Under the pieces are notes generated by a model, which did not search any database, had not been told where the DNA came from, and saw only the letters and a program-made list of their open reading frames with translations. 50,910 nt of DNA from a virus (taxonomy: Duplodnaviria > Caudoviricetes): the IMG/VR virus record IMGVR_UViG_3300034175_000007, positions 1 through 50,910 of that record; one strand, given 5' to 3'. A program made the translations under genes and the position numbers. Positions within the stretch are counted from its first letter, which is position 1. The number at the start of each line of letters is the position of its first letter. Positions 1 to 8,978 of the stretch are shown here, piece after piece.

Positions 1-482
1 TCGTAGTACTCAGGTGATTTCTTAGCCGCCTGTCTATCCATGAGAGAGGGCTTTTTGCATGAGACCTCCATGGACTCCCTTAGCCAGCCGTTAGCATTGA
101 TCTGGTCCATTCTAGCCACAATCTTGGATTGAATACTAGAGGCAGCTCTTAGCGGAACCAGATTAGACTCACCCCAGTCGAGGATGGTCTTCATATCGGC
201 GGCTAGCAGCGTATCGATACGAACGCGAAGACGAATAGCATCAATGGTTGGATCGATGGCCTTGACCTCATCGATCAGCTCGTCAGTCTTAGTCTTTGGC
301 CGAGTCGGCTTAAGAGGCTGAACGTAGACTTCATTTTGAATGTTCAACGTTCTCACACGAGGAGCGGGAGTCGCTACGACAGGTGGAGTCGGATCATTCT
401 GAATACTGAGGACGCGAGCCCGTGGAACTGGTTGCTCCACGGGCTGCGGCTCTTGGTCCGGAATGTTTAGCTTACGAACCAT
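1..482 (-). CDS. 5' part of a CDS running off the window; Pro-rich N-terminus followed by a helical region, possibly a TelA-like member of the ter cluster
   Basis: ATG at 482 just downstream of terD; reading frame open to the window edge (MVRKLNIPDQEPQPVEQP...ILDWGESNL). Confidence 0.55.
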   Translation of the reverse strand, partial: MVRKLNIPDQEPQPVEQPVPRARVLSIQNDPTPPVVATPAPRVRTLNIQNEVYVQPLKPTRPKTKTDELIDEVKAIDPTIDAIRLRVRIDTLLAADMKTILDWGESNLVPLRAASSIQSKIVARMDQINANGWLRESMEVSCKKPSLMDRQAAKKSPEYY

Positions 483-491
483 GAGACTTCC

Positions 492-1121
492 TTAGCCCTT
501 GACGCTCGCGCCGGGCATGAACTGCTTGATGATAGTACCCAGATCAGTCTTGAAGCCGGCGCCGAGTGCTTCGAACTCCCAGTTGCCCGAAGGCTTCTTG
601 GTGAGCGACCCAAACTGAACAGCGTAGTTATCGCCGCCGTCTTCCTTCAGGTTGTACTTGACGATCTCCCGAGTGGGCTCGCCGGCCGCATCCATCTCGC
701 AGATGCGGATGAAGGCGTCCTGGACCTTCTTGAAGTTGTGACCCTTCTGAGCGGCTTCATGGATCGTCACGATGAAGGACAGCTCGACGATCTGCGAATC
801 GATCTTCGACAGATCCATCTGGATCCATTCATCGTCCTTCGTGGGAAGACCGGTCGGGCTGAGACCGTCGACACCATCGCGATTGTCTGGCGAATGGATG
901 AGACCCTTGCAAGGCGACTCGAGGTTGTTGTACCAGATGAAGTACGGAGGCGAGAGGAGTTCAGGATCGCCAGCCGCGTTGATACGGCAGGGGAACAGCG
1001 AAACGTCGAGATCATAGGCCTCCGGACTCGTCCAGCCCATGCCGACATAGAATCGGCTAACGTTGGGAGCAGCCTTGGTCAGATCAAACGTCTGACCCTT
1101 CGAAAGATCGAAATCAGCCAT
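492..1121 (-). CDS. terD: TerD-family tellurite/stress-response protein
   Basis: Motifs VGMGW, YDLDVSLF, YNNL, SPDNRDG, DDE, FIVTIHEA, WEFEALG; GAGGA RBS supports the MADF start at 1121 rather than 1184. Confidence 0.9.
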   Translation of the reverse strand: MADFDLSKGQTFDLTKAAPNVSRFYVGMGWTSPEAYDLDVSLFPCRINAAGDPELLSPPYFIWYNNLESPCKGLIHSPDNRDGVDGLSPTGLPTKDDEWIQMDLSKIDSQIVELSFIVTIHEAAQKGHNFKKVQDAFIRICEMDAAGEPTREIVKYNLKEDGGDNYAVQFGSLTKKPSGNWEFEALGAGFKTDLGTIIKQFMPGASVKG

Positions 1122-1257
1122 GTATGTATTCCTCGTGTGTGAAGCAGGCGTAGGAAGGAAGCGCCTGCTGAATAGACGAAACATTCGGATTTAGTTCCCT
1201 TTACCTTCCTTCCATGACTTTTATATCATGATAGGAAAGAAATGTCAATGGCGGTGA

Positions 1258-1866
1258 TTAGTTAAAGTAAGCGAGCAGCTCAGGGATGCCATGGTAGAAC
1301 ATCTTAGCTGCAATGATCAGGATGAACGCAAGACCGACCCATGCGATCCATGCCCAACGCTGGATCATATTCGAGACGAACTTGGCAGCAAAGGCCATGA
1401 TGGCGACCGACAGAACAAGACCGAAGACGAGTGCTTCCCAATGATCGCGGGCCGTGCCAGCGACAGCAAGGACGTTATCGATGCTCATAGAGAGATCAGC
1501 GACAGTGATAGCGATCATAGCCGATGCAAAGGTGCGTGGAGCCTTGGTTTCGGTAGAGTCGTTCAGATCACCGTCATCCTTGAGGTCCTTGTACATGTTG
1601 TACGCGACCCAGATAAGAGCGGCTGCACCGATGACCTGGATGCCAGGGATCATGAGCAGATAGACGGCGCCGAGCGAGAGGATGATTCGTGCAACAACAG
1701 CAATGATCATACCATACATGATGGCCTTATTGCGCTGCGCTTCTGGCAAACTGGCTGCCATAGCGCCGATGACTACCGCGTTATCACCAGACAACACGAT
1801 GTCGATAAGAATGACGCCGGCAAAGGCCAGCAACCCAGTGAGTAGCATTTCAGATATCCATTTCAA
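1258..1866 (-). CDS. terC: TerC/YjbE-family integral membrane protein
   Basis: IDIVLSGDNAVVI and ADLSMSIDNVLAVAG signatures; multiple TM helices. Confidence 0.92.
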   Translation of the reverse strand: MKWISEMLLTGLLAFAGVILIDIVLSGDNAVVIGAMAASLPEAQRNKAIMYGMIIAVVARIILSLGAVYLLMIPGIQVIGAAALIWVAYNMYKDLKDDGDLNDSTETKAPRTFASAMIAITVADLSMSIDNVLAVAGTARDHWEALVFGLVLSVAIMAFAAKFVSNMIQRWAWIAWVGLAFILIIAAKMFYHGIPELLAYFN

Positions 1867-1869
1867 AAA

Positions 1870-1893
1870 GGTGGGCGGACCGAAGCCCGCCCG
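1870..1893 (-). terminator. Probable intrinsic terminator/attenuator hairpin between the vWA gene and terC
   Basis: GGGCGG(GCTTCGGT)CCGCCC followed by TTTTT on the minus strand. Confidence 0.55.
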
Positions 1894-1899
1894 AGGTGT

Positions 1900-2667
1900 T
1901 TAGGCCGAAACCTTGGCCGGGAATCGCTTGATGAAAGCGAGCAGCTTGGGCGTGATCAGATCTGCATAGAGATCCGCATCCTTGGCGCCGAACTTGGCGG
2001 TGATGAAGCCGACGTTGTCGAACTCCTTATCCAGCTGCTTCAGCGTGTTGAACGCCGTCGACTGATTGGAGAAGCCGATGAACGCGAAGAAGATCGGATG
2101 AGCCGATGCACTACGCAGAGCAGCCTGGATGAGGCCGATCCGCTCGCTGTTGGGATCACCATCAGTCAGGACGAGAACCAGCGTCGGTTCCTTGGCGCCG
2201 CTAGCCGACTGCATCGGCACACGCTCCTGATACTCCTCGGTCTTCGAGCCGAAGCCCATGAAGCCCTTGACAGTACGAGTCTTGGTCACCGTCTCGTATG
2301 CGATTGCATCCGAACCATACCGGTTGTTCACGATATAGTTAATGAACGGTGAGTAGGACGTGCCGCCGCGTACATTAATGCGACGGTTGCGGACGAACGT
2401 CTTATAATCGTCCACGGTCCAGGTGCCGACGTAATCGACCTGATCGTCGAACTTGACGATATCGATCTCGTTGTTGTCATCGAACTTGATTGCGACACCA
2501 CCGAACTGATCAAGGATGGTCTGCATCGAACCATCAGCGATCTCATCGTCCATCGAACCCGAGATATCGAGTGCAGCCCAGACCGCCATGACAGGCGCAT
2601 CAGTTACACCCTTCTTGGCGAGCTCGAACGTGAACGTCTCTGCCTTTTTGGCAAGATCGAAGTCCAT
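1900..2667 (-). CDS. vWA domain protein (TerF-associated vWA type)
   Basis: MIDAS motif LDISGSM, GGTSY, VLTDGDP; ter-cluster context. Confidence 0.85.
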   Translation of the reverse strand: MDFDLAKKAETFTFELAKKGVTDAPVMAVWAALDISGSMDDEIADGSMQTILDQFGGVAIKFDDNNEIDIVKFDDQVDYVGTWTVDDYKTFVRNRRINVRGGTSYSPFINYIVNNRYGSDAIAYETVTKTRTVKGFMGFGSKTEEYQERVPMQSASGAKEPTLVLVLTDGDPNSERIGLIQAALRSASAHPIFFAFIGFSNQSTAFNTLKQLDKEFDNVGFITAKFGAKDADLYADLITPKLLAFIKRFPAKVSA

Positions 2668-2681
2668 AATCTTCCTTCCTT

Positions 2682-3722
2682 TTACTTAACGAGCGTAGCG
2701 GCGAGATCACGGCTCAGTTGCTCAAGCTGAGGCGCTTCCGAGCGGAGACGGAGTTTCATTTCAGTCATGATACGCTCCCTCTCAGCAAGCGAGGTGACGA
2801 TCGCGTTCTGATTATTCTGAAGCGTCGCCAATTCGATATTGGACGTAGTCAACGAGGTGGTGACTGCCGTCGTGGCTGCGCCAAGTGACGCCGCGTTCTT
2901 GTTGATCGCATCGTTGGTCATCGACTTCATAGCCGAACCAAACTCTGCGCCCTTCTTCTGTTCCATATTGATAATGAACAGAGCGAAGGTCGACTGGAGA
3001 GCAGGGATCATCGTGCTCTTCATGTCGTTCATGTCGATAGCCAGAAGCGCCGAGTTGGTCTTCATCTGATCGACCTGAGCTGCCTGCTGCTCGAACAGGA
3101 GGCGGAGACGGCTGAGATCATCAGCACGTTTACGACCCATAGCCGATGCCATCTTCCAGTCAGCGACCTTGGATGCTTCCATCGGGTTGGTCATGTCGAC
3201 GACTGGAATGTTAGCGTCCATCCAGTCTGCGCGTGCATAGATATCAGCGATCTCGATCTCGAGTGCATCGTAATCAGCCTTGAGCTGGATCTTGATGTTC
3301 TCGAGGTCTTGGATGCGACCCCGGAAGAGCGCCGTCTTCGTGTCGAGCTGGGTGATGAGCTGCTTGACGGAAGCATCGACCGTATTGAAGCGGTCCTTGA
3401 TGTTAACCGCCTTACCGAACAGCTTACCGAAGAAGCCCTTCGACTCCATATTCGTGGGGTCGTACCCCTTAGCCATCGACACGGTCTCCAGAAGGAGGGC
3501 TCCCATCTCGTCCATGTCCTTCGACTTCACCATGGCGGTGATCTTCGAAGTGGCAGCCGGGATCGAGGCCGTTGCCTTACCGCCGAAGTCGATGACCTCG
3601 GAAACAGTGATCGGCTTCATGGCAACGCCACTCGATCGAGTAACCGGAACGACCTGCCGAGCTGACTCGATAGGAATAACGTTCGGTGTACTGACTGTGC
3701 CGCCGAATAGTGGTTTAACCAT
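2682..3722 (-). CDS. telA: TelA / toxic anion resistance protein
   Basis: Coiled-coil with KGFFGKLFGK segment typical of TelA; ter-cluster context. Confidence 0.8.
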   Translation of the reverse strand: MVKPLFGGTVSTPNVIPIESARQVVPVTRSSGVAMKPITVSEVIDFGGKATASIPAATSKITAMVKSKDMDEMGALLLETVSMAKGYDPTNMESKGFFGKLFGKAVNIKDRFNTVDASVKQLITQLDTKTALFRGRIQDLENIKIQLKADYDALEIEIADIYARADWMDANIPVVDMTNPMEASKVADWKMASAMGRKRADDLSRLRLLFEQQAAQVDQMKTNSALLAIDMNDMKSTMIPALQSTFALFIINMEQKKGAEFGSAMKSMTNDAINKNAASLGAATTAVTTSLTTSNIELATLQNNQNAIVTSLAERERIMTEMKLRLRSEAPQLEQLSRDLAATLVK

Positions 3723-3844
3723 ATTGTGATACCCTCCTTCATAACTAGGTCATATTATAATAATGTCAAGAAAATGTCAAGGCATAATAAAAGGCCGCCG
3801 GAATCACTCCCAGCGGCCTCAGGTATCTTCGATCGTATAGTAGA

Positions 3845-4078
3845 TTACGGAATCGGGTAGTGAACTCCGCCCGGTCCAGTTGGACGAGGGTCAGGCTCAT
3901 GCGTCGAAGGAACCGTAGGAAGAGTTGGCGGAAGAATAACATCCGTCTCATCCACAGGTGGCGTAACTACTGGAGGGGTAACTACTTCTACTTCATGCTT
4001 ATTCAGAAGATGCATGTAGACGAAATAGGCAGCGACTGCAGCTGCAATCAGAAATAGAATGAACATGATGTTCTCCAA
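3845..4078 (-). CDS. Small membrane protein with Pro-rich tail
   Basis: N-terminal TM helix, VVTPP repeats; followed by a terminator-like hairpin at ~3790-3820. Confidence 0.55.
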   Translation of the reverse strand: MENIMFILFLIAAAVAAYFVYMHLLNKHEVEVVTPPVVTPPVDETDVILPPTLPTVPSTHEPDPRPTGPGGVHYPIP

Positions 4079-4080
4079 GA

Positions 4081-4155
4081 TGGAGCTCCTAACCGGAATC
4101 GAACCGATTTAGCCGGAGTACAAAACCGGCGCATCACCATTTATGCTTTAGGAGC
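4081..4155 (-). tRNA. tRNA-Thr(TGT)
   Basis: Cloverleaf, loop TT-TGT-AC, TTCGATT T-loop, encoded CCA. Confidence 0.9.
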
Positions 4156-4171
4156 GTATTAAGTATGGTAT

Positions 4172-4534
4172 TTATATCGGCTTTTGTGTGAGCGGATCTA
4201 TGTTATATTGTGCCCAGTGATCTTTGTACGATTCGACCTCGGCATCTAACTGCTGTGGCTGAGAGTTTAGGCGTTGGTCTATGGCGGTAAGAATTAGACC
4301 GCTCATATCATCGGCATGTCCGATGCCATACTCCTCGCGGAAATGTATAGCTAACGGACTATCGTGTTCCCATAGACCCCAGTAGTTACGCATCATAGTG
4401 CCGAAGCCATGATGAGTACTGATGGCACCTTCTGATCGAAGATACTTGACCTCCGAACCAGTAAGGCTAGAGCAGATGTGATCTACTGCCTCTTCAAGAG
4501 TCTTAGGTGTGAATGCTTCGAAATTAACCGGCAT
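4172..4534 (-). CDS. Hypothetical protein (DUF6794-like)
   Basis: PKTLEEAV...HHGFGTMMRNYWGLW...HADDMSGLIL pattern; MPVNF start overlaps the upstream gene end. Confidence 0.6.
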   Translation of the reverse strand: MPVNFEAFTPKTLEEAVDHICSSLTGSEVKYLRSEGAISTHHGFGTMMRNYWGLWEHDSPLAIHFREEYGIGHADDMSGLILTAIDQRLNSQPQQLDAEVESYKDHWAQYNIDPLTQKPI

Positions 4535-5138
4535 TGTGAACATACTTTCCGTAGTCTGGAGTTCCGTATTCCTGCTGACGAGCAGCGATGCGAGCACGAA
4601 GCTCACTGAACTCGATTGGACGATAGTCGATCTGTTCTACCGACACGTTGTAGTAGAGCGGATCTAGTTCTTTAATAAGACCGCTACTATAGATGTCGTT
4701 CTTATCGATGTTGAATCGATACATGTTATTAGCGTGGGTATGACCATGGACGTTAGTCTTCCAGCGCTGAGTGATCGACTCAGGATGCAGAGGAACGTGG
4801 GTGAGTGTTACGTCCTCTAGTACTCGAATGGCGTAGACCTCCTTGAAGTACTTGATGTACTCTCGGACTCCAAGGAGATCATGATTGCCGAGGATCAGAC
4901 GTTTTGATCCTTTGAGTCGAAGCATAGTTGTGATATGCTTCTTGCTCATAACTACGTCGCCAAGGTGGTAGACTTTATCGCCATCCTTGACTACTTCATT
5001 CCAGCGCTTAACCATCTCTTCATCCATCTCCTGCGCATTGGCGAAGGGACGAAGAGGAGTACCATCGTCACGTTTAAACTTCGTGCAGGTATTCTCGTGA
5101 CCAAAGTGCGTGTCAGAGATGAAGAAGGTGTTAGGCAT
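4524..5138 (-). CDS. Calcineurin-like metallophosphoesterase
   Basis: SDTHFGH, HLGD, GNHD, THVP, HGHTH motifs. Confidence 0.92.
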   Translation of the reverse strand: MPNTFFISDTHFGHENTCTKFKRDDGTPLRPFANAQEMDEEMVKRWNEVVKDGDKVYHLGDVVMSKKHITTMLRLKGSKRLILGNHDLLGVREYIKYFKEVYAIRVLEDVTLTHVPLHPESITQRWKTNVHGHTHANNMYRFNIDKNDIYSSGLIKELDPLYYNVSVEQIDYRPIEFSELRARIAARQQEYGTPDYGKYVHNAG

Positions 5139-5150
5139 TATTGTCTCTCA

Positions 5151-5855
5151 TTATCTATTGAAGCGGAGCAGATTGTAGCTCTTAAGAACTCCGCGCTTAT
5201 GTTCGGCAACTGGGTAGACTCCAATTGAAGTCAGCTGATTACCGATATCTGGTTCGCGGAACACGACATGAGGAGCGTTCCACGTCTCTAGTAGCTTTTG
5301 TACGTCGCGTAGAGCTTCCAGATCAGGCACACCACATACAGTGAAGTGTAGATCCTTAATCGCTTCAGGCGGAAGCTTATTGCCTAGTTCCAGAGCTACG
5401 TGAGCAGTCTGGACAAGCTGATACTCGTTGAAGATATCCTGACGAGTAAAGAAGTACGAGTAGTGACGAGCTATAGCACCGGTCTTACGTACCGCGTCGT
5501 AGATGGTGTTGTACTCTTCGATCTCTTCTGGCGTGAGGAGTTCATTCGAAGGTACACCAAGCATCAGAGCAGGAGACTTCTCCCACTTATAGGTGGTACG
5601 ATTATAACGCTCAATGAACGAAGAAGCATTGTTAACGCTCTTGTCCATCGCATTAAATGCAGGATGACCGTTAGCCAGCTTTACCTGACGAGTCACCGGC
5701 GTAAACGACCTACGAAGGATGCGCTTCGCGATAGTGATCTTGTCTGGCGCGTTAGTGGCTAGAGCGCGAAGGATGCCATATTGAATGACATTAACAGCAG
5801 TGATAGACTTGCTGTCTGCGAGCGACTTCCAAAGAGTCTTGATATTCTGTAGCAT
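5151..5855 (-). CDS. Protein with C-terminal peptidyl-tRNA hydrolase 2-like domain
   Basis: C-terminal QLVQTAHVALE...FREPDIGNQLTSIGVYP resembles phage Pth2-like proteins; own TTGACA promoter upstream. Confidence 0.7.
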   Translation of the reverse strand: MLQNIKTLWKSLADSKSITAVNVIQYGILRALATNAPDKITIAKRILRRSFTPVTRQVKLANGHPAFNAMDKSVNNASSFIERYNRTTYKWEKSPALMLGVPSNELLTPEEIEEYNTIYDAVRKTGAIARHYSYFFTRQDIFNEYQLVQTAHVALELGNKLPPEAIKDLHFTVCGVPDLEALRDVQKLLETWNAPHVVFREPDIGNQLTSIGVYPVAEHKRGVLKSYNLLRFNR

Positions 5856-5911
5856 ATATTATTCCTAGATCTTAATTCAAAAGTGAGTAAATGTCAATAA
5901 TAAAGTTTGGA

Positions 5912-5944
5912 TCAGGGAGGACCAGTGGAGTTCTACCGAAGCAT
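5912..5944 (-). other. Mini-ORF M-L-R-(TAG)-N-S-T-G-P-P-stop, translationally coupled to the upstream ORF (TAATG overlap)
   Basis: ATG CTT CGG TAG AAC TCC ACT GGT CCT CCC TGA read directly. Confidence 0.45.
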
Positions 5945-6201
5945 TACTGCTCTCCTCTGGTTATAGTTGCTACACCTTCAGCGATCGCGACAAGACAGTG
6001 CTTGAACTTGATGGCGCCTTTGGTATGCGAATTGTCAGGAGTCTCTTTAGTAGAGAAGCCGATCTTAGAATCTACGTGATCGACGTAGAAAGTCTGACCC
6101 TTAGCTTTGAGGACCCACATCGGGATCGAAGGATCAGATAGGTGTGCTTTGTTGAAGTGGAATACCGCTTCCTTGCAGACCTAGTTCGTAGTATCAGTCA
6201 T
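5944..6201 (-). CDS. Conserved-looking small phage protein with an in-frame TAG at codon 7 (readthrough candidate or pseudogene)
   Basis: AAGGA RBS then MTDTTN*VCKEAVFHFNKAHLSDPSIPMWVLKAKGQTFYVDHVDSKIGFSTKETPDNSHTKGAIKFK...; not in the ORF track. Confidence 0.7.
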
Positions 6202-6219
6202 GTTGTAGTCCTTCATAGT

Positions 6220-6378
6220 TTAGAAGAGCGCTAGTGCGCCTTTATATAGCGTAGCATCATTAGCTACGCCTTTGTAGACCGCGGAGCGAGACAAAGCCCC
6301 GCGGTAAACTCTTACAGTCGGTGGTACATAGCGATATGTACCTAGGGCGAGAGTGCCTAGTGGTTCTGCGCCGAGCAT
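6220..6378 (-). CDS. 52-aa hypothetical protein
   Basis: MLGAEPLGTLALGTYRYVPPTVRVYRG...YKG...YKGALALF; follows the structural gene directly. Confidence 0.5.
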   Translation of the reverse strand: MLGAEPLGTLALGTYRYVPPTVRVYRGALSRSAVYKGVANDATLYKGALALF

Positions 6379-6381
6379 CTA

Positions 6382-7467
6382 TTATCCGATAACTGTCGCA
6401 CGATATGCGTTAGCCGCTGGTGCGGTAGCAAAGGTGATAGTAACCGTGTTGATCGTCGCAGTATTAACATCGGCGATAACTACGTTACCAGCAGTGTCCT
6501 TTAGCTGAACGATCACATCAGTCGTACCAAGACTATGAGTTACCGTGATAGTAGTCGCAGTACCGTCGCCGATATTGGTTGAGTACTTACGAGCTACAAC
6601 GCCAGTATCGATAGCTACGCCTGATGCAGTAACCGAGATACCAGTGAACGCTTGGACAGATACAACCGAACCAGCAGCAGTAAGACCATTGCTGAACGTG
6701 TAGTTAGCTGAACCACCGAACTGGTTGATCGAGATGGCGGTAGAACCAAGGGTGATTAGACCCGTGTTCTCAACGCGCCACTGAGTCTTAAGATTCGCTG
6801 TACCTTCTTCGACGTACCAGAATGCGCCTGGGTTAATCTCACCATTAGCATCAGCATCAGTAGCCCTTGGCCATGCGCCTGCTGCGACAGTGTAGACACC
6901 GTTCTGCGATCCGGTCGACTGGTTCTTAACAAGAACACGATCACCGATATTAGCAGCAACACCATCGATAGTCTGAGTACCAGACAGTGTGATATTAGCC
7001 GTGGTAGCAAGACGAACTGAAGCCTTAGCATCGATACCAGCAGCTGCGTTAGCAACTAGTGACTGGGTCCATAGCATCGTTGCAGCATCCTGTGGATTGA
7101 CAGGATCGGCAAGGTTGATAGCACGTAGGTTGTTAAACGATACGTTAACAGTCGGAGCTGAGAACTGATCAAGACGGTATGACTGTACAGTCGTAGCAAG
7201 ATCAGAGATAGTCGATGCGAGCTGAGTGCCAGTGAAGTTTGCACGAGCTAGGTAGTAAGCGCCGTTCTGACCTGTTAGAAGATCGGAATCAGTAGCCTTT
7301 AGACCGAAGCCAGTCGAATTCTTAACGTAGAATCGATCAGCTGCTGTATCGAAATACATCTGACCGAGCGATGGAGAGCTTGGAGCCGAAGACAGAGGAT
7401 GCATGACAGCATTCTGAATCTGGTTCTTCTGAAAGTCATAACTGACTAGTACTTTAATTGATGCCAT
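6382..7467 (-). CDS. Virion structural protein (tail fibre/baseplate-associated)
   Basis: Thr/Ala/Gly-rich; KASVRLATTANITLSGTQTIDGV...GDRVLVKNQ...QNGVY motif common in phage tail proteins. Confidence 0.75.
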   Translation of the reverse strand: MASIKVLVSYDFQKNQIQNAVMHPLSSAPSSPSLGQMYFDTAADRFYVKNSTGFGLKATDSDLLTGQNGAYYLARANFTGTQLASTISDLATTVQSYRLDQFSAPTVNVSFNNLRAINLADPVNPQDAATMLWTQSLVANAAAGIDAKASVRLATTANITLSGTQTIDGVAANIGDRVLVKNQSTGSQNGVYTVAAGAWPRATDADANGEINPGAFWYVEEGTANLKTQWRVENTGLITLGSTAISINQFGGSANYTFSNGLTAAGSVVSVQAFTGISVTASGVAIDTGVVARKYSTNIGDGTATTITVTHSLGTTDVIVQLKDTAGNVVIADVNTATINTVTITFATAPAANAYRATVIG

Positions 7468-7470
7468 GTG

Positions 7471-7926
7471 TTATCCCCTCAGGACTGCGCTACCGCTGAA
7501 GGGTACGCCAAAGTCTATTTCTACTGTATTTATATCGAGGTATTTTACAGCAGCTACGACGACAGATCCATCTAGATCTAGGATGTCGACGTGGGGGATA
7601 GTACCGAGGTTATGTGGGATCAACCAGATCGCGTTAGCGTTAGTCACTTGATAGGTAAAGTAACGTAGACCCTGACCATCAGATCCAGCCGGACCCGGTT
7701 CGCCTTCAGGTCCTTGTGGACCAGGAGGTCCCGGTGCACCAGCGATAGCAGCGATAGTGCTGATCGCATACTGATCTTCAGCCGTCATGTTTTCGATAGT
7801 CAGTTCGACATCACCTGCATTAGGCTGCGATACTACTAGACTATAGACGTCACTGTCACCAACCACTTGGAGCTGATAGCTGTGTGGTAGTTCATTAAAG
7901 CCGATGACATTGTTACTTAGAGACAT
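7471..7926 (-). CDS. Virion protein with short collagen-like GXY repeat
   Basis: GAPGPPGPQGPEGEPGPAGSDGQG and C-terminal WLIPHNLG domain. Confidence 0.7.
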   Translation of the reverse strand: MSLSNNVIGFNELPHSYQLQVVGDSDVYSLVVSQPNAGDVELTIENMTAEDQYAISTIAAIAGAPGPPGPQGPEGEPGPAGSDGQGLRYFTYQVTNANAIWLIPHNLGTIPHVDILDLDGSVVVAAVKYLDINTVEIDFGVPFSGSAVLRG

Positions 7927-8225
7927 TAGATAACAGCCCTAGTAACTTTGACGTTGACCTTATAACGTAGAATGACGTTGGTTGGCGAAGTCAGTTTGAT
8001 ATGCATGACGTTGAAGCCAGGACTTAGATTCGATGTATCTGAGAGGGACATCGTAATAGCATCACCCTCAGTAGAAACTGTAAAGTCATGCTCAGAGTCA
8101 GTGTTCGCGGGCGATAGTAGCTTATAAGCTACGCTCCAGCCACCAAGCGAAACATCTTCCTGGTTCTTCTTCATCTTAAGAACGATGATCAGAGGATCAC
8201 CGATATTCACTGTTACGTTAGCCAT
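7926..8225 (-). CDS. Small beta-rich structural protein (BppU-N-like)
   Basis: Beta-strand pattern; GAGGAG RBS; TATAAGTA late-type promoter upstream. Confidence 0.5.
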   Translation of the reverse strand: MANVTVNIGDPLIIVLKMKKNQEDVSLGGWSVAYKLLSPANTDSEHDFTVSTEGDAITMSLSDTSNLSPGFNVMHIKLTSPTNVILRYKVNVKVTRAVI

Positions 8226-8279
8226 ACAATTACTCCTCTCTTTCGACTACTTATAGTCTACTGAAGAGGAGTATGCATG

Positions 8280-8355
8280 TGGTGTGCACTGTGGGGCTCG
8301 AACCCACGACCCGGAGATTTAGAGTCTCCTGCTCTACCATCTGAGCTAAGCACAC
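8280..8355 (-). tRNA. Amber suppressor tRNA (anticodon CTA)
   Basis: GTGTGCT-TA-GCTCAGATGGTAGAGC-A-GGAGA CT CTA AA TCTCC-GGGTC-GTGGG TTCGAGC CCCAC-AGTGCAC ACCA. Confidence 0.9.
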
Positions 8356-8362
8356 ATATTAG

Positions 8363-8524
8363 TTATAAGCCGTCAGCCTTGTAAGCATCTGGACAGACAT
8401 CGCAGTCTTTACCATCTACTGTGCCATATCCTCCATTGCATGTATTATTACCGCACTTATAGCAGATAATAACAGCACGCTCACAGAGTTCGCACCATTC
8501 TTTAGTGAAGACTTGTTCGGTCAA
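8363..8524 (-). CDS. 53-aa Cys-rich (Zn-binding) protein
   Basis: TTG start overlapping the upstream stop; CELC, CYKC, CDVC motifs. Confidence 0.55.
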   Translation of the reverse strand: MTEQVFTKEWCELCERAVIICYKCGNNTCNGGYGTVDGKDCDVCPDAYKADGL

Positions 8525-8769
8525 ATGCTGTTGGCTTTGATATACGCAGCAACAGTCGAAGGTGTAGTTGCATCACCAGTTACGATTGGACAACAGTCTG
8601 AACCGTATTCGCACTGGTCGATGATAACCTTCTTTTCGAGAGAAGAATTGAGAACATGAACTGCTTTGTTAGTAGCGAGATTACGAATCTCAGTGGCCAT
8701 GCTACCACGATACCAAGAATACTCTTGGCCGTCAACTACAATAGAGCGGGAGCCCTTACGCTTAGTCAT
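8521..8769 (-). CDS. Hypothetical protein
   Basis: MTKRKGSRSIVVDGQEYSWY with AAGGA RBS; the longer track ORF overlaps a tRNA. Confidence 0.6.
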   Translation of the reverse strand: MTKRKGSRSIVVDGQEYSWYRGSMATEIRNLATNKAVHVLNSSLEKKVIIDQCEYGSDCCPIVTGDATTPSTVAAYIKANSI

Positions 8770-8788
8770 AACGAATCCTTTTAAAGAA

Positions 8789-8865
8789 TGGTCGGGAATG
8801 TAGGATTTGAACCTACGGCCCCCTGCTCCCAAAGCAGGTGCGCTACCAGGCTGCGCCAATCCCCG
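8789..8865 (-). tRNA. tRNA-Pro(TGG)
   Basis: Canonical cloverleaf with CCA. Confidence 0.92.
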
Positions 8866-8882
8866 ATTGTATTCTACCACGA

Positions 8883-8960
8883 TGGTCTAGGTGGAGGGAC
8901 TTGAACCCCCATGATGTCCTGGCTCCAGACCAGACGACTTACCAATTAGTCCACACCTAG
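8883..8960 (-). tRNA. tRNA-Pro(TGG), atypical (C33, A37)
   Basis: C1:G72, A73; anticodon loop TC-TGG-AG. Confidence 0.75.
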
Positions 8961-8978
8961 ATGTATTCGTATTTATAA

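Noticed and set aside
1122-1184. 21-aa N-terminal extension or leader peptide on terD
   Set aside because: A better RBS precedes the ATG at 1121, and the region forms a hairpin (AGCAGGCG/CGCCTGCT) more consistent with a 5' UTR; not fully excluded.
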